This document shows positions 19,671-30,933 of a DNA stretch of 64,000 nucleotides, piece by piece (position 1 is the stretch's first letter; each line of letters starts with the position of its first letter). Under the pieces are notes generated by a model, which saw only the letters and a list, made by a program, of their open reading frames with translations, had not been told where the DNA came from and did no database searches. The stretch is from Turneriella sp. (GTDB taxonomy: Bacteria; Spirochaetota; Leptospiria; Turneriellales; Turneriellaceae). The DNA is taken from NCBI GenBank assembly GCA_965279515.1, contig CBDIID010000003.1, positions 1,472,001-1,536,000 of the forward strand, in the 5' to 3' direction. Position numbers and translations under genes: made by a program.

Positions 19671-19906
19671 TTGGTTTCGTAGAGGGCATCACGAATTTTC
19701 GACCAATTGCCCTCGAACTCCGCCGAAACATAACCTCCTTTGCCCGCGGGTTCGACACGCCATTCAGTTTTCTTCACGTGCGCATCCGCAGCGATGTATT
19801 CACGCAAGGCATCTTCCATAAGTCGTGTCATACTGGTGCCTTTTTTGCGCGCGAATGATTTGGCCTTTTGCATCAGCGGATCGGGCAGAATCATCGTTGT
19901 CTTCAT
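19667..19906 (-). CDS. vapB: RHH antitoxin (VapB-like)
   Basis: MKTTMILPDPL..AK..A..G.S...LMEDALR; overlaps the vapC start. Confidence 0.85.
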   Translation of the reverse strand: MKTTMILPDPLMQKAKSFARKKGTSMTRLMEDALREYIAADAHVKKTEWRVEPAGKGGYVSAEFEGNWSKIRDALYETK

Positions 19907-20007
19907 ACCTGCAATATACCAAACACCATATAATATGGCAATTATTCTTTCGATTGAAAAAATAACGCTAAGCTGTCACAAAAAATCCCATCTCTCGTCA
20001 GGTAAGT

Positions 20008-21174
20008 ATGAAGACACAAAAAGTAGTCATTCTGGGCGGCGGCTATGCCGGGGTCAATGCGGCGCTGCGGCTGCGCGTGCGCGATAAAACGGCGCAGATC
20101 ACGCTGGTGAACGAGCGCACCGAATTCGTCGAACGCATACGCAACCACCAAAGCGCGGCCGGGCAGAACCTGGCGCGGCGGCCGATGGTTGAGGTGTTGG
20201 GCCGCAGTATCACCTTTATCGCCGGCCGCGCCGAGAAGATCGATAGTGTGGCAAAGCATGTGCTCGTAAAGACTGCCGCTGGTAAAACACCGATTGCCTA
20301 TGATCTTCTGATCTATGCGCTGGGTAGCGGTGCGGCGACGGACCATCAGGGCTTTGCCAGCATCAACACGCGTGAAGATGCAGAAAGGCTCAGGGCGGAT
20401 TTATCGCTGCGGAAAAATGCGGCTGCGGTCATTGTGGGTGCGGGCCTGACGGGGCTCGAGCTGGCTACCGAACTGCGCGAGGCAAGCGCGGAAAGGCGTA
20501 TCACGATCATGGATTTTAAAAAGCCGGGAAGCCGGCTCAGCGAAAAAGCGCGGGATTACCTGAATCAAACCCTGGCAGACATGAAAATCGGTTTTGAGAA
20601 ACTGGAACAGGATCCCTTTGCGGATAACGAATTCAGCGCAAGACTCGCGCGCGCCAACACGATCGCCGTCGACTGCACGGGTTTTGTATCTCCTGATCTG
20701 GCACGCCGCTCAGGCCTTCGCTGCGATGCGAAGAATCGTGTGCTGGTGAACGAGCATCTGCAGGCGCTGGATCACCCGGATATTCTTGTAGCGGGTGACG
20801 CGACGGCTTATGGCTTTGGCGTAAACCAGCTCACCTATGCGGGATGCGCAACGGCGAGTCCCATGGGCACGTATGCCGGCGAGGCGGCGGCGAAAATTCT
20901 TGCGGGAGAAAATCCGCCGGAGTTTCTGTACGGTTTCACCTTCCAGTGTATCAGCCTCGGCCGCCATAAGGGGATTATCCAGTTTCTCGACAAAAGAACC
21001 GGTGCTGCGACCGGGCGCTCGCTGACGGGGAAATCTGCCGCTGTCTTCAAGGAACTCATCTGCAAGATGACGGTGACGCTGCCGCGCTGGGAACGCAAAA
21101 CGCGCTGGCCGTTTTACACGTGGCGCAAGACACGGTTTTTGAAAAAAATCGGGGCGATGGCGAAGGCAGCGTAG
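20008..21174 (+). CDS. FAD-dependent pyridine nucleotide oxidoreductase
   Basis: VVILGGGYAG, VGAGLTGLELATE, AGD, QCISLGR. Confidence 0.88.
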   Translation: MKTQKVVILGGGYAGVNAALRLRVRDKTAQITLVNERTEFVERIRNHQSAAGQNLARRPMVEVLGRSITFIAGRAEKIDSVAKHVLVKTAAGKTPIAYDLLIYALGSGAATDHQGFASINTREDAERLRADLSLRKNAAAVIVGAGLTGLELATELREASAERRITIMDFKKPGSRLSEKARDYLNQTLADMKIGFEKLEQDPFADNEFSARLARANTIAVDCTGFVSPDLARRSGLRCDAKNRVLVNEHLQALDHPDILVAGDATAYGFGVNQLTYAGCATASPMGTYAGEAAAKILAGENPPEFLYGFTFQCISLGRHKGIIQFLDKRTGAATGRSLTGKSAAVFKELICKMTVTLPRWERKTRWPFYTWRKTRFLKKIGAMAKAA

Positions 21175-22169
21175 TGCAGATTCAAAGCGAGACAATAGCC
21201 GCAGATCATCTGCAGCTCTACGAGGCGGCGCGACCCCGCCTGTTTTCGCTCGCCTACCGCATGACGGGCAGCTGGTCTGACAGCGAAGATATTCTGCAAG
21301 ATGCCTATCTCAAATTCGCGCGGGTGCCGGTCGGGAAAATCGGCTCTGCGGCCGCGCTGCTCACGACGATTGTCACGCGTCTCTGCCTTGATCTTCTGCG
21401 CAGCTCGCGTAAAAAACGCGAAACCTATGTCGGGCCGTGGCTGCCCGAACCCGTGCCCGATCTCTACCTCGCGCATGAAGAGGCAGCGGACAAAGAGACT
21501 GTTTCGATGGCATTTCTTACCGTGCTGCAAAGACTCTCGCCCGTCGAACGCGCGGTGTTTCTGCTGCGCGAAGTTTTCGACTACGACTATGCCGAAATCG
21601 CGAAGATTACGGAGAAGAGCGGCGACTACTGCCGGCAGATTTTTCACCGCGCGAAAAAGAGCCTGCGCGACGAAGCGAACCGCCGGCCGTTGCCGCCCGA
21701 GAAAGAGCGCGAGCTGTTGGCGGCGTTTCTCACGGCCTGCAACAGCCCCGATATGAACGACCTGCTGCGTCTTCTTAAAGAAGACATGCTCTATCTTTCT
21801 GATGCGGGTGGCAAGGTGCCGGCGTCGAAGATACCGATCCGCGGGGCGCGCCGCGTTGCAAAATTTACATTTGTTGTGCGCAATAAGACGCGCGCCGACC
21901 GTTTTTATGTAGCCTACGCGGGCGGTGCGCTTGTCTTCGTCGGTTATACCGGTGACGCGCCGAATTTTGTGCAATATATCGATGCGCGCAACGGCCAGGT
22001 TGAAAAAATTTTCACGGTGCTGAATCCCGACAAGCTTCGGGCATGGGCCAACCGGGGGGATTTACTGCGTCAGGGCGTGCTTATGCCCGCGGCAAAATTT
22101 CTTTCGATTCCGCAGAGATTCAGGCTCAGCTGGAACATTCTGCAACGAAAGCTTACCGGCAAGGTTTAA
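21174..22169 (+). CDS. ECF41 (SigJ-like) sigma factor
   Basis: YVGPWLPEP, SDAGGK and NPDKL motifs; downstream of an oxidoreductase, typical of ECF41. Confidence 0.9.
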   Translation: MQIQSETIAADHLQLYEAARPRLFSLAYRMTGSWSDSEDILQDAYLKFARVPVGKIGSAAALLTTIVTRLCLDLLRSSRKKRETYVGPWLPEPVPDLYLAHEEAADKETVSMAFLTVLQRLSPVERAVFLLREVFDYDYAEIAKITEKSGDYCRQIFHRAKKSLRDEANRRPLPPEKERELLAAFLTACNSPDMNDLLRLLKEDMLYLSDAGGKVPASKIPIRGARRVAKFTFVVRNKTRADRFYVAYAGGALVFVGYTGDAPNFVQYIDARNGQVEKIFTVLNPDKLRAWANRGDLLRQGVLMPAAKFLSIPQRFRLSWNILQRKLTGKV

Positions 22170-22627
22170 CCGCGGGCGGCGGTTTCGCAATGCGCTTTGA
22201 GAAATTCATTGCGCTGCAAGAGGAAATCCCTCATGTGCTTTTTCAGTAATAGAACATCGAAGATCGCCCCGAACACCCCGAATGGTGCTTCGTACATAAA
22301 CCGATCTTTCATCAGGGTGCCGCCCCGCACGGCTTCAAAATAGTGCTCATGCCGCATCGACTGAAAAGCGCCGCGCGTCATCTCATCGGCAAAAAAATGC
22401 GGAAAATTCAACTCGGTGATCTTTACCGATAGCCTCTGCCTGACACCGAAGTGCCGGGCCTCCCAGGTAATTTCTTCACCTAACTCAAAGAGCCCCGATG
22501 TTCGCCCCACGACAACACACTCGCCGGTACCGGCGGCGGAACCGAGATGCAGGCCAACGTCGCGCGAGGCATCGAAGCAGATGGCAACAGGGGCGGCAAT
22601 GAATGTCTCCAAAAGAATCTCTGGCAT
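22166..22627 (-). CDS. SRPBCC (START-like) protein
   Basis: ITWEARHFG, F.DEM..GAF....HEH.F, GT.MKD. Confidence 0.85.
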   Translation of the reverse strand: MPEILLETFIAAPVAICFDASRDVGLHLGSAAGTGECVVVGRTSGLFELGEEITWEARHFGVRQRLSVKITELNFPHFFADEMTRGAFQSMRHEHYFEAVRGGTLMKDRFMYEAPFGVFGAIFDVLLLKKHMRDFLLQRNEFLKAHCETAARG

Positions 22628-22786
22628 CGCTGGCATAAGCATTTCAATACGCTTACTGCGTAAAGCCGGAGGCAAATTGCCTTCAAATGCCTTAAAAGAA
22701 TTATGGATATAGTAATCCATAAAATGGTTGCCAAAGTGAGAATCCTGGGCAACGTTGTCCCCGGCTGGTATACCCGCCCAACGCAC

Positions 22787-25588
22787 ATGACTACTGAATT
22801 AACGCAGAATGCCCCGGCGCTACTGGCGCTTATTGACAATGCCATGGACGCGATTGTCTCCGTAGATGAACAATTTAATGTTATTCTCTTCAACAGGGCG
22901 GCCGAAACGATGTTCGGCTATACAGCAGAAGAAATGCTGGGTCAATCCCTCAACCGTCTGATCCCCCTCAGGTTTCGGGCCCATCATGCGCAGCAGATAA
23001 ACACATTCGGCCGTACCGGTGAAACCCGCCGTATCATGGGAAAGCTCGGCGTTATTACAGGATTGTATGCCGACGGCACAGAAATACCTCTCGAAGCGGC
23101 CATTTCACGCCACAATGACGGCGCCCGAAAAATATATTCTGTGATTCTCCGCAATACCTCAGAGTGGCTGCGCATTGAAAAAGCACTGCAGGCTCAGAAA
23201 GATCTCTATGCCATGCTTTCGCTAACGAGTCACGCAATTTCTCAAGGTAAAGATAAAGAATCACTTTTCGAAGATATTTGCCGCATCGCAGTCGAGTGTG
23301 GCCATTTCCGCTTTGCCTGGGTGGGTTGGCTGAATGCGGATGAAGATTCCTTTGCACCAGTTAAAATCCATGGCGATGATTCTGGTACGGTCATGGAGCA
23401 ATTCCGGTTTCCGCGGGAACAGCGGAACCAGTTCCACGCGCTGCGCATGGAACTTCTTGAAAAAGACGGGCAGATCATCATGAACAATCTCGCGGACAAA
23501 ACCACAGGTACTGCCTGGCAGGCACTGGCAGAAAAAGCGGGCGTTCAGTCCGCCGCCTTTTTCCCGATCAGGGAAGAAGGCAAGATACAGGGCATAATCG
23601 CCATGTACTCTGCCGAAGCAGACTATTTCACAGAGATGCTGATACCCACGCTGCAAACCATCGCCGGCGATTTATCCGTGGGCCTCGATAATCTCGCAAA
23701 AGCCAACAGGCTTCTACGCACGATTCAGGCAAACCAACTTCTCGCAGAAATTGTGCGTGGTATGGATGAGGCCTGCTTCGCGCTCGATAAAGACTGGCGC
23801 TTCACGTTTGTCAACGACCGGGGCCTGACACTGCTGAGACACAGCCGTGAAGAAATGATCGGGAATTCTATCTGGGATGTTTTTTAATAGCTCAGGGGTA
23901 CGCCGATGGAAAAAAATTACCATCGAGCGATGGCTGAGCGGGTTTCCCTAACCTTTGAGGCGTTCTCGCCGATCGCGGAGCGCTGGCTCGACATACGCCT
24001 TTTTCCCTCGGGCAATGGACTCGCGGCCTTTCTCATGGATATTTCCGCACGCAAGCAGAGTGAAGCCAAACTGGCGCACAGTGAAGAGCAATTCAGACAG
24101 GTTGTCGAAAATATCGAAGAGGTATTCTGGGCAATTGACCCGGAAAAAAATGAGATTACCTACATCAGTCCGGCTTATGACAGAGTCTGGGGGCGGCCGG
24201 GAAAAACCCTGCTCTTAGACAGATTTAGCTGGCTCGAGGCGGTACATCCTGATGACAAAGAAAAAGTTCGAAAAGCCTTACCGGGACAGAAAGAAGGGAA
24301 ATATAATCTGGAATACCGGATTCTAAGACCCGACGGAGCCGAACGCTGGATTCTTGCCCGCGCCTTTCCCGTTTTCGACGAGCAGGGTTCGCTGCAACGC
24401 ATCGTTGGCGTCGCCGAAGACATCACGAGCCGAAAACAACTCGAACTGCAGATGCGCCAGGCGCAGAAAATGGAAGCGATCGGCCAGCTCTCGGCCGGGG
24501 TGGCACACGACTTCAATAATCTGCTAACGGTGATCCAGGGAAATAGCTCACTCATAGCCGATGAAAAGGATCCAGACCAGATAAAGCTATTTACCAGCGA
24601 AATCACAGAAGCCACAACCAGAGCGGCGAGCCTGACGCGCCAACTTCTGCTGTTTGGCCGCAAGCAGGCACTGCAACTGGGCGAGCTCGACTTAAACGGC
24701 ATTATCCGGGAAACCGGGACCATGCTGAAACGCATCGTCGGCGAAGACATTGACGTGCGCTTTCAAACTCCGGCGGAACCTATGTTCGTACGCGCAGACA
24801 GCGGCATGATGAACCAGATTCTTGTGAATCTCGCGGTCAATAGCAGGGATGCAATGCCCAAAGGCGGCCAGTTACTCATTGATGTCTCAATCAGCCATTT
24901 TGACGAAGCTAAGGCACAGGCAACAACCGGTGCAAAGCCAGGCATCTTTGCCTGCATTGCGGTGACCGATACCGGTACGGGAATTCCGGAAGAAGCACTC
25001 ACGCATATTTTCGAACCGTTCTTTACCACAAAGGATGTCGGCCGGGGTACAGGCCTCGGCCTTGCGACGGTATTTGGTATCACACAACAACACGGCGGCT
25101 GGATTAACGTCTTCAGCGAAATCGGCAAAGGCACGACCTTCAGGGTTTATTTGCCCGCCATCCAGCACGCAGTCATTCCCGACAGCTCAACTCCTGAAAA
25201 AGCCATCTCTGGTGGTCACGAAACAATTCTCCTGGTCGAAGATGAAGCCCCGGTACGCAAGATGGTCAGGACACTGCTAAACAGCCTGGGGTACCGTATC
25301 TTCGAAGCAGCTACGGGTAAGGCGGCGCTTGCCGTCTGGAAAGAACAGGCCGGTAAAATTGATATGCTGATGAGCGACGTGGTCATGCCCGATGGCATGA
25401 ACGGCATCGAACTATCGCACAAACTTCTCGAATCTGCGCCTGGATTAAAAATCCTGCTGACCAGCGGCTACAGCGCCGACCTCATCAGCAACGAAGAGAA
25501 TGCCGGGCAAGGACTCAACTTCATTTCGAAGCCCTATGATTTAAGGGCGCTGGCTGAGGCCGTCAGAAACTGCCTCGATCGGAAATAG
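22787..25588 (+). pseudogene. PAS-GAF-PAS-PAS hybrid histidine kinase/receiver split by tandem in-frame stops
   Basis: 22787-23887 and 23906-25588 share a frame; TAA-TAG at 23885-23890 inside a PAS domain; VAHDFNNLL, FEPFFTTK..GTGLGL and receiver intact. Confidence 0.8.
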
Positions 25589-25615
25589 AATCATTTTCAC
25601 TTTTCAAAACGTTTT

Positions 25616-25879
25616 TTGAGCAGGTTTTCGAACTGCGCGGAAACCGAGCAGGAAAAACAGGAAATCAAGACCTTTATCGGTCAGGAAATACAGCACGGCC
25701 GCTTCGATACCTTTTCTTCAGAATCGCTGAGGCGCCTCGCGACCTGGCATTCACTCGAAGAACTCGAGCACAAGCATGTGGCTTTCGACATGCCGAACGC
25801 CCAGGAAAAAAACGTCGACTGGGCAAAACGACTCGAAAGTGCGCGGCAGTACCTCGAAGCTAACGCGCCGGCGGCGTAA
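25616..25879 (+). pseudogene. Internally deleted remnant of a predicted metal-dependent hydrolase
   Basis: FIGQEIQHG and WHSLEELEHKHVAFD motifs only about 14 aa apart in an 87-aa ORF. Confidence 0.65.
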
Positions 25880-26411
25880 GAAATTCTGTTAGCGCCGCAC
25901 GCAGCGGTGCTAGCTTTTTGTCCGCCTGCATTTCATGCAGCGCCGCCTCGGCCGCCATCGCGACAAAGAGTGCCGCGGCGGCGGCAGGGTTTTTCCATGC
26001 CATCGCCCGGAAATCCTCCGCGACGACCTTGGAAAAACTGGTATTGCGGTTCAGCACTTCTTCCCGGAGCGCTGGTTCGCTGCGCGCTTCGAACAGCATG
26101 GCTTTGACGCCGCCCTTCGCGAGACAGCCGTCGAGGTAGACCATCGTGCCGGCGATCAGGCGATCGCGGCCCGGGGCCATCGCGGAGATTTTTTCGAGAA
26201 TGCCCGCGCGCAAAGAATCATGAAACTCGCGGTGGATGCCCAGCAGAAAAGCCGCGCGGTCTTTGAAATGCAGGTAGAATGTACCCTTAGCGACGCCGGC
26301 CTCAGCCACCACATCGTCGACGCGCATTTCAGACATGCCCTTTTTTTCAAAAACGCGGATGCCCGCCGCGACGAGCGCCCGTTTCGTGTCCGCCGCGTCG
26401 TGCCTCTTCAT
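25860..26411 (-). CDS. TetR family regulator
   Basis: VDDVVAEAGVAKGTFYLHFKDR. Confidence 0.9.
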   Translation of the reverse strand: MKRHDAADTKRALVAAGIRVFEKKGMSEMRVDDVVAEAGVAKGTFYLHFKDRAAFLLGIHREFHDSLRAGILEKISAMAPGRDRLIAGTMVYLDGCLAKGGVKAMLFEARSEPALREEVLNRNTSFSKVVAEDFRAMAWKNPAAAAALFVAMAAEAALHEMQADKKLAPLRAALTEFLTPPAR

Positions 26412-27208
26412 GGCAGATTTTCGAGAAACGGCATCGCCGCGGCAAGAAAAGCTTCGGGTGCTTCGGCATAGGGCTCATGCCCGCTGTCGATCATTTTGAG
26501 CTGCGCACCGGGGATAACCCCCGCGGCAAAACGACCGATACCGACGGGGATGACGGGATCGCGCTTTCCCCAAATCAGCAGCGCGGGTACCTTGAGGTGC
26601 CGCGCCGCCTCACGCAAATCATGCGCGGGCAAAAGGAAACTTTTCCACAGCGCCGCAAACATCTGCACCGACGCGGGATTCTTACGGCTCTGAATCTTCT
26701 TTAGAATGCGCAGCACATGCGGGGTTTTGATGCGGAGATACATCTGCGGAAAAAGATTCCACATCGCGCCGGCAATCCATTCGACGCCCATGATATTGCA
26801 GAAGATCTTTGCTTTCAAATCACCGGAGTTAAAGCCGCCGGAATTGATCAGTACTAGCCCGCGGGTATTTTCGGGGAACCGTAACGCATAACGCAGCGCC
26901 GCATACCCCCCGATAGAGTTGCCGACAAAAAAGGGCTTCTTAAGACCGAGCGCGGTAACGATTTCTGGCAAGGTGTCGGCAAGCTGCACCACGGTAGCAC
27001 TCCGCGGATCATGAGCAAAGCCCGATGCGCCATGCCCCGGCCAGTCGACGGCAATCACCCGGTATTTTTCGGCCAGCGCTGGCTGTATGAGATCGAAGTC
27101 ACTATGGTCGTGCGCGTTGGCGTGTAGCAGTACAAGCGGCTGCCCCTCGCCGCTTTCATAGACTGCAATCTTGCCTACCATCGTATCGACAAATCTTTGC
27201 TGAATCAT
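26408..27208 (-). CDS. Alpha/beta hydrolase
   Basis: VDWPGHG, GNSIGG, WGKRD, SGHEP. Confidence 0.9.
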   Translation of the reverse strand: MIQQRFVDTMVGKIAVYESGEGQPLVLLHANAHDHSDFDLIQPALAEKYRVIAVDWPGHGASGFAHDPRSATVVQLADTLPEIVTALGLKKPFFVGNSIGGYAALRYALRFPENTRGLVLINSGGFNSGDLKAKIFCNIMGVEWIAGAMWNLFPQMYLRIKTPHVLRILKKIQSRKNPASVQMFAALWKSFLLPAHDLREAARHLKVPALLIWGKRDPVIPVGIGRFAAGVIPGAQLKMIDSGHEPYAEAPEAFLAAAMPFLENLP

Positions 27209-27219
27209 AAATCCTCCAT

Positions 27220-27243
27220 ATATGACTGACTAGTCAGTCATAT
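27220..27243. promoter_or_regulatory. Perfect 24-bp palindrome, probable TetR operator
   Basis: ATATGACTGACTAGTCAGTCATAT next to the SD of the hydrolase-tetR operon. Confidence 0.85.
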
Positions 27244-27319
27244 CTAGCCATAAAGCGACCCGGTCAAGGCGAAAGACATCCCGATTGACGCGGTGTCTCT
27301 AAAAGGTAAAATTCCCGCC

Positions 27320-28381
27320 ATGTCCATGAAGATCAACGAAATCGAAAACCACCTCGGGTCGCATGCAGGCCTTTTGGCACACAAATGCAGCACTATTCCG
27401 AAAGAATCGCTCCACCTGCCCTCACCCGACGTTGTCGACCATATCTATACCCCCTCGAACCGCAACAACAACGTACTGCGCTCGATTCAGTCGATCATCG
27501 GCCACGGCCGCCTCGCCAACACCGGCTACGTTTCCATTCTTCCCGTGGACCAGGGTATCGAACATTCAGCAGGCGCTTCGTTTGCACCGAACCCGATCTT
27601 CTTCGATCCCGAAAACATCGTGAAACTCGCCATCGAAGGCGGCTGTAACGCTGTGGCTTCGACCTATGGCGTGCTGGCATCTGTCTCACGCAAATACGCG
27701 CACAAGATTCCTTTTATTGTGAAGATTAACCACAACGAATTTCTGTCCTACCCTAATAAGTACGACCAAATCATGTTCGGCAGCGTCGAAGAAGCGGCGG
27801 CGATGGGCGCTGTCGCCGTCGGCGCTACGATCTATTTCGGCAGCGACGAATCGGCGCGCCAGATCGTCGAAGTCGCGCAGGCATTCGAGCGCGCACATGA
27901 ACTGGGCCTGGCAACGATTCTGTGGTGCTACCTGAGAAACAGCGAGTTCAAAAAAGACGGCATCGACTACCATACATCGGCTGACCTCACGAGCCAGGCG
28001 AACCATTTGGGCGTTACGATCCAGGCCGATATCATCAAACAAAAACTGCCCACGAATAACGGCGGATATAACGCGCTGAAGTTCGGGAAAACGCACCCGA
28101 AAGTTTATTCAGAGCTTTCCAGTGACAATCCCATCGATCTGACGCGCTACCAGGTGGCGAACTGCTATATGGGCCGTATGGGCCTCATCAATTCAGGCGG
28201 CGAGTCAAAGGGTGCAACCGACCTGGCCGAAGCAGTGACCACAGCGGTGATCAACAAGCGCGCCGGCGGCATGGGTCTCATCTCGGGCCGCAAAGCATTC
28301 CAGAAACCGATGCAAGAAGGCGTCGCCCTGCTCAACGCGATCCAGGATGTCTATCTCTGCAAAGACGTTACGATAGCATAG
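27320..28381 (+). CDS. fbaB: Class I fructose-bisphosphate aldolase
   Basis: [43 protein letters not shown]. Confidence 0.95.
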   Translation: MSMKINEIENHLGSHAGLLAHKCSTIPKESLHLPSPDVVDHIYTPSNRNNNVLRSIQSIIGHGRLANTGYVSILPVDQGIEHSAGASFAPNPIFFDPENIVKLAIEGGCNAVASTYGVLASVSRKYAHKIPFIVKINHNEFLSYPNKYDQIMFGSVEEAAAMGAVAVGATIYFGSDESARQIVEVAQAFERAHELGLATILWCYLRNSEFKKDGIDYHTSADLTSQANHLGVTIQADIIKQKLPTNNGGYNALKFGKTHPKVYSELSSDNPIDLTRYQVANCYMGRMGLINSGGESKGATDLAEAVTTAVINKRAGGMGLISGRKAFQKPMQEGVALLNAIQDVYLCKDVTIA

Positions 28382-28403
28382 ATCAGGTGCGGCACATGCG
28401 CCG

Positions 28404-28865
28404 CTAGTTTTTTTCCCACATCAGGCTGGAACGCAGCTCGTGCCCGGTCTGGCGAATACGCCGGGCGAGGATGCGTGCGAGGTTGCGCATGACGATAAAG
28501 CCGAGGAGGCTATCCGCTTCGAATGCCGCATAGAGCGCATCGCGCTGTATCTTGAGAACAGTGCTCTCTTTATTCGCGATCGCCGTGGCCGAGCGGGGTT
28601 CACCGTCGATGAAGGCAAATTCGCCGAAAAGTTTGCCGGGTACGATCATGTGTATGGTGGCACTGTCGGTCTTACCCAATTGGCCCACGATCTGCACACG
28701 GCCCTCAGTCAGAATGTAGATGTCGGATGCAGTGCTGTGCTCATGGAAGATCTCCTGATTTTCCGAAAATTTTTCCTCGACCGTCGTATTCGCAATCGCT
28801 TGCAGCTGGGCCTCGCCAAGATCCTTAAAGAGTTCAAAGCCGGCGAGAAGTTTAACAATGTCCAT
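28404..28865 (-). CDS. Stand-alone cyclic nucleotide-binding domain protein
   Basis: [16 protein letters not shown]. Confidence 0.88.
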   Translation of the reverse strand: MDIVKLLAGFELFKDLGEAQLQAIANTTVEEKFSENQEIFHEHSTASDIYILTEGRVQIVGQLGKTDSATIHMIVPGKLFGEFAFIDGEPRSATAIANKESTVLKIQRDALYAAFEADSLLGFIVMRNLARILARRIRQTGHELRSSLMWEKN

Positions 28866-28866
28866 A

Positions 28867-30933
28867 TTATTCCTGATTCTCCAGTATTGTTTTGCTGATC
28901 TGGTGTACATCACCCGCGACGACGCGCAGCGCATCCAGAATATCGACGAAAATATTCATGCCGGAGCTATCTTGCTCAGCGCCAGCCAGCAGGCTTTCCA
29001 GGTTGCGGCTCTGTACCTTTTTCGACATGAACTTCAGTTTCTTATAGAGCAAGCCGGATTCTTCGGCAAGCGGAATATTCCTGGCCTCAAAGGCTTTGAG
29101 GTTTTTCTCCAGCAGTTCCGCTATTTTTTCCAGCATAAAGCCAAGATCATGCCGCTGCTCTTCGCTGAAGGAGCCATACTTTTCAGCGCCCCCCTTCATG
29201 ACAGGTAAGACTTCTATCTGTAATGAGTTGGCCAGCTGGCGCATATCTTCGGCAAGATGAAGGTAATACGTGGCTTCGCGAGATTCATTGTTTGTCAGAG
29301 CGAGTTTCGCCAGGTCGCGCAGGTATCTTTTCACCGCATCGGAAAGAACCGCCACCTGGCGATTAGCCGTCTCAACGTGATTTTCCGCGGCAATCGTTTT
29401 GTCAGCCTGCCAGATATTATTTAAATCATGAACGGCGCCAAATACAATTTCTCCGGCACGCATCAGTTCGCGGCGGGTCTGTTCGAGCGATAGACTTGCG
29501 GATTTAATGTCGCCCGATTGAATATACTGCGGTTTAAAGACATCGACCGCAGTCGCGGAATCTTTGATCAGGAAACGCACTGTTTTTTCCATCACACTGA
29601 CAAAAGGCAGAAACAGAATTGTATTGATTACGTTAAAGAACATGTGCGCATTGGCAATAGCGCGGGAGATGTTTCCCGGCTCCATCGAATCCGTAATTTT
29701 CTTCACGAGTTCGGTAAACGGCGTAAGAAACGGGAAAAATACCATTACACCCAAAAAGTTAAAGAAGAAGTGGATGAGCGCGACGCGCTTGCCATCGCGG
29801 TTGGCGCCGATACTGCCCAGAACCGCAGTCATCGTTGTGCCGATGTTGGCCCCAAAGGCAATCACAATCGCGGCTTTTAACGTGAGGATGCCCTGCGTTG
29901 CCAACGCAATCGAAATACCGATCGCGGCCCCGCTCGACTGGATGATGCCAGTAAATAACGTTGAGACCGCCAAGCCCAATAGCGGTCTCTCACCAATCGA
30001 CGTCAGAAGATCGGTGAATGCCGGCACCGAACGCAAGGGATTCATCGAATCGCTCATGAGCCCCATGCCAAAGAAAATGAGACCAAAACCAAAGATGATC
30101 TGCCCCCCGTATTTGAGTGCCTGCGACTTGGAACCGAAGATGATCGATATAAAAAAACCCAGCGCTATGAGGAGCGGCGCATAATCCGAGATATTGAAGG
30201 CAATGAGCTGTACTGTAAGCGTGGTACCGATATTGCAACCGTAGATAACGCCGATCGCCTGCTTGAGCGTCATCAGCGTCGAGCTGACAAAACCGATCAC
30301 CATAACCGTCGTCGCACTCGAACTTTGTATCGCTGCGGTGGTCAGCGTGCCAACGACAACCCCCATAATCGGCTTATTGGTCAGCTTCCCGAGAATAATC
30401 CGCATTTTGTCGCCGGCGACCTTCTGTAAGCCCTCTGAACTGGCATCCATACCAAAAAGAAAGATCGCAAGACCGCCAAAGAGGCCAAGAATCAGAAACG
30501 TGATCCAGCCGCCGCGCAGCGCTTTCACACGAATTTCGACGGGCGCGGTTTCAAGCCTCGCGTTGTGGAATGCCTGGATAATATAGTCGCCCGGTTTATC
30601 ACCGATACGGAACGAGGTGCGGGCAAAGCCGTCTTTATCGGTGCGCAACTCCGTCGGATTCAGCTCTGCCTTAGAGCCAGGCGCGTGGCTGACATAGAAC
30701 CGCACAAGTTCTCCGGCGGCCGGCTGGCCGTTCTTTATAACCCGCACGGCAAGCCCTTGCGTGATAGTACCGGATTCGAGACCCGTCAGATTTTTTTGAC
30801 CGACCGGATACGAGTGGTTCTCCAATTTAAAGGTGTCAGCAGCTTCGAGAGCCCCGGACAACAGGAAAGCCGCGAAAGTGAGTTTTGTAAGACTAAGGCG
30901 AAAAGATGCGGACAGCATACGTACCATGTGCAA
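28867..30933 (-). CDS. Na+/phosphate cotransporter with N-terminal Ig-like domain and PhoU-like C-terminus
   Basis: IQSSSATT, GCNIGTT, IQSSGA, GANIGTT, IANAH; start uncertain (30918-30933). Confidence 0.88.
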   Translation of the reverse strand: MHMVRMLSASFRLSLTKLTFAAFLLSGALEAADTFKLENHSYPVGQKNLTGLESGTITQGLAVRVIKNGQPAAGELVRFYVSHAPGSKAELNPTELRTDKDGFARTSFRIGDKPGDYIIQAFHNARLETAPVEIRVKALRGGWITFLILGLFGGLAIFLFGMDASSEGLQKVAGDKMRIILGKLTNKPIMGVVVGTLTTAAIQSSSATTVMVIGFVSSTLMTLKQAIGVIYGCNIGTTLTVQLIAFNISDYAPLLIALGFFISIIFGSKSQALKYGGQIIFGFGLIFFGMGLMSDSMNPLRSVPAFTDLLTSIGERPLLGLAVSTLFTGIIQSSGAAIGISIALATQGILTLKAAIVIAFGANIGTTMTAVLGSIGANRDGKRVALIHFFFNFLGVMVFFPFLTPFTELVKKITDSMEPGNISRAIANAHMFFNVINTILFLPFVSVMEKTVRFLIKDSATAVDVFKPQYIQSGDIKSASLSLEQTRRELMRAGEIVFGAVHDLNNIWQADKTIAAENHVETANRQVAVLSDAVKRYLRDLAKLALTNNESREATYYLHLAEDMRQLANSLQIEVLPVMKGGAEKYGSFSEEQRHDLGFMLEKIAELLEKNLKAFEARNIPLAEESGLLYKKLKFMSKKVQSRNLESLLAGAEQDSSGMNIFVDILDALRVVAGDVHQISKTILENQE

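Noticed and set aside
21114..21974. Long antisense ORFs (also 61426-62229, 52223-52912, 16991-17623)
   Set aside because: Shadow frames of GC-rich genes with no recognisable motifs.
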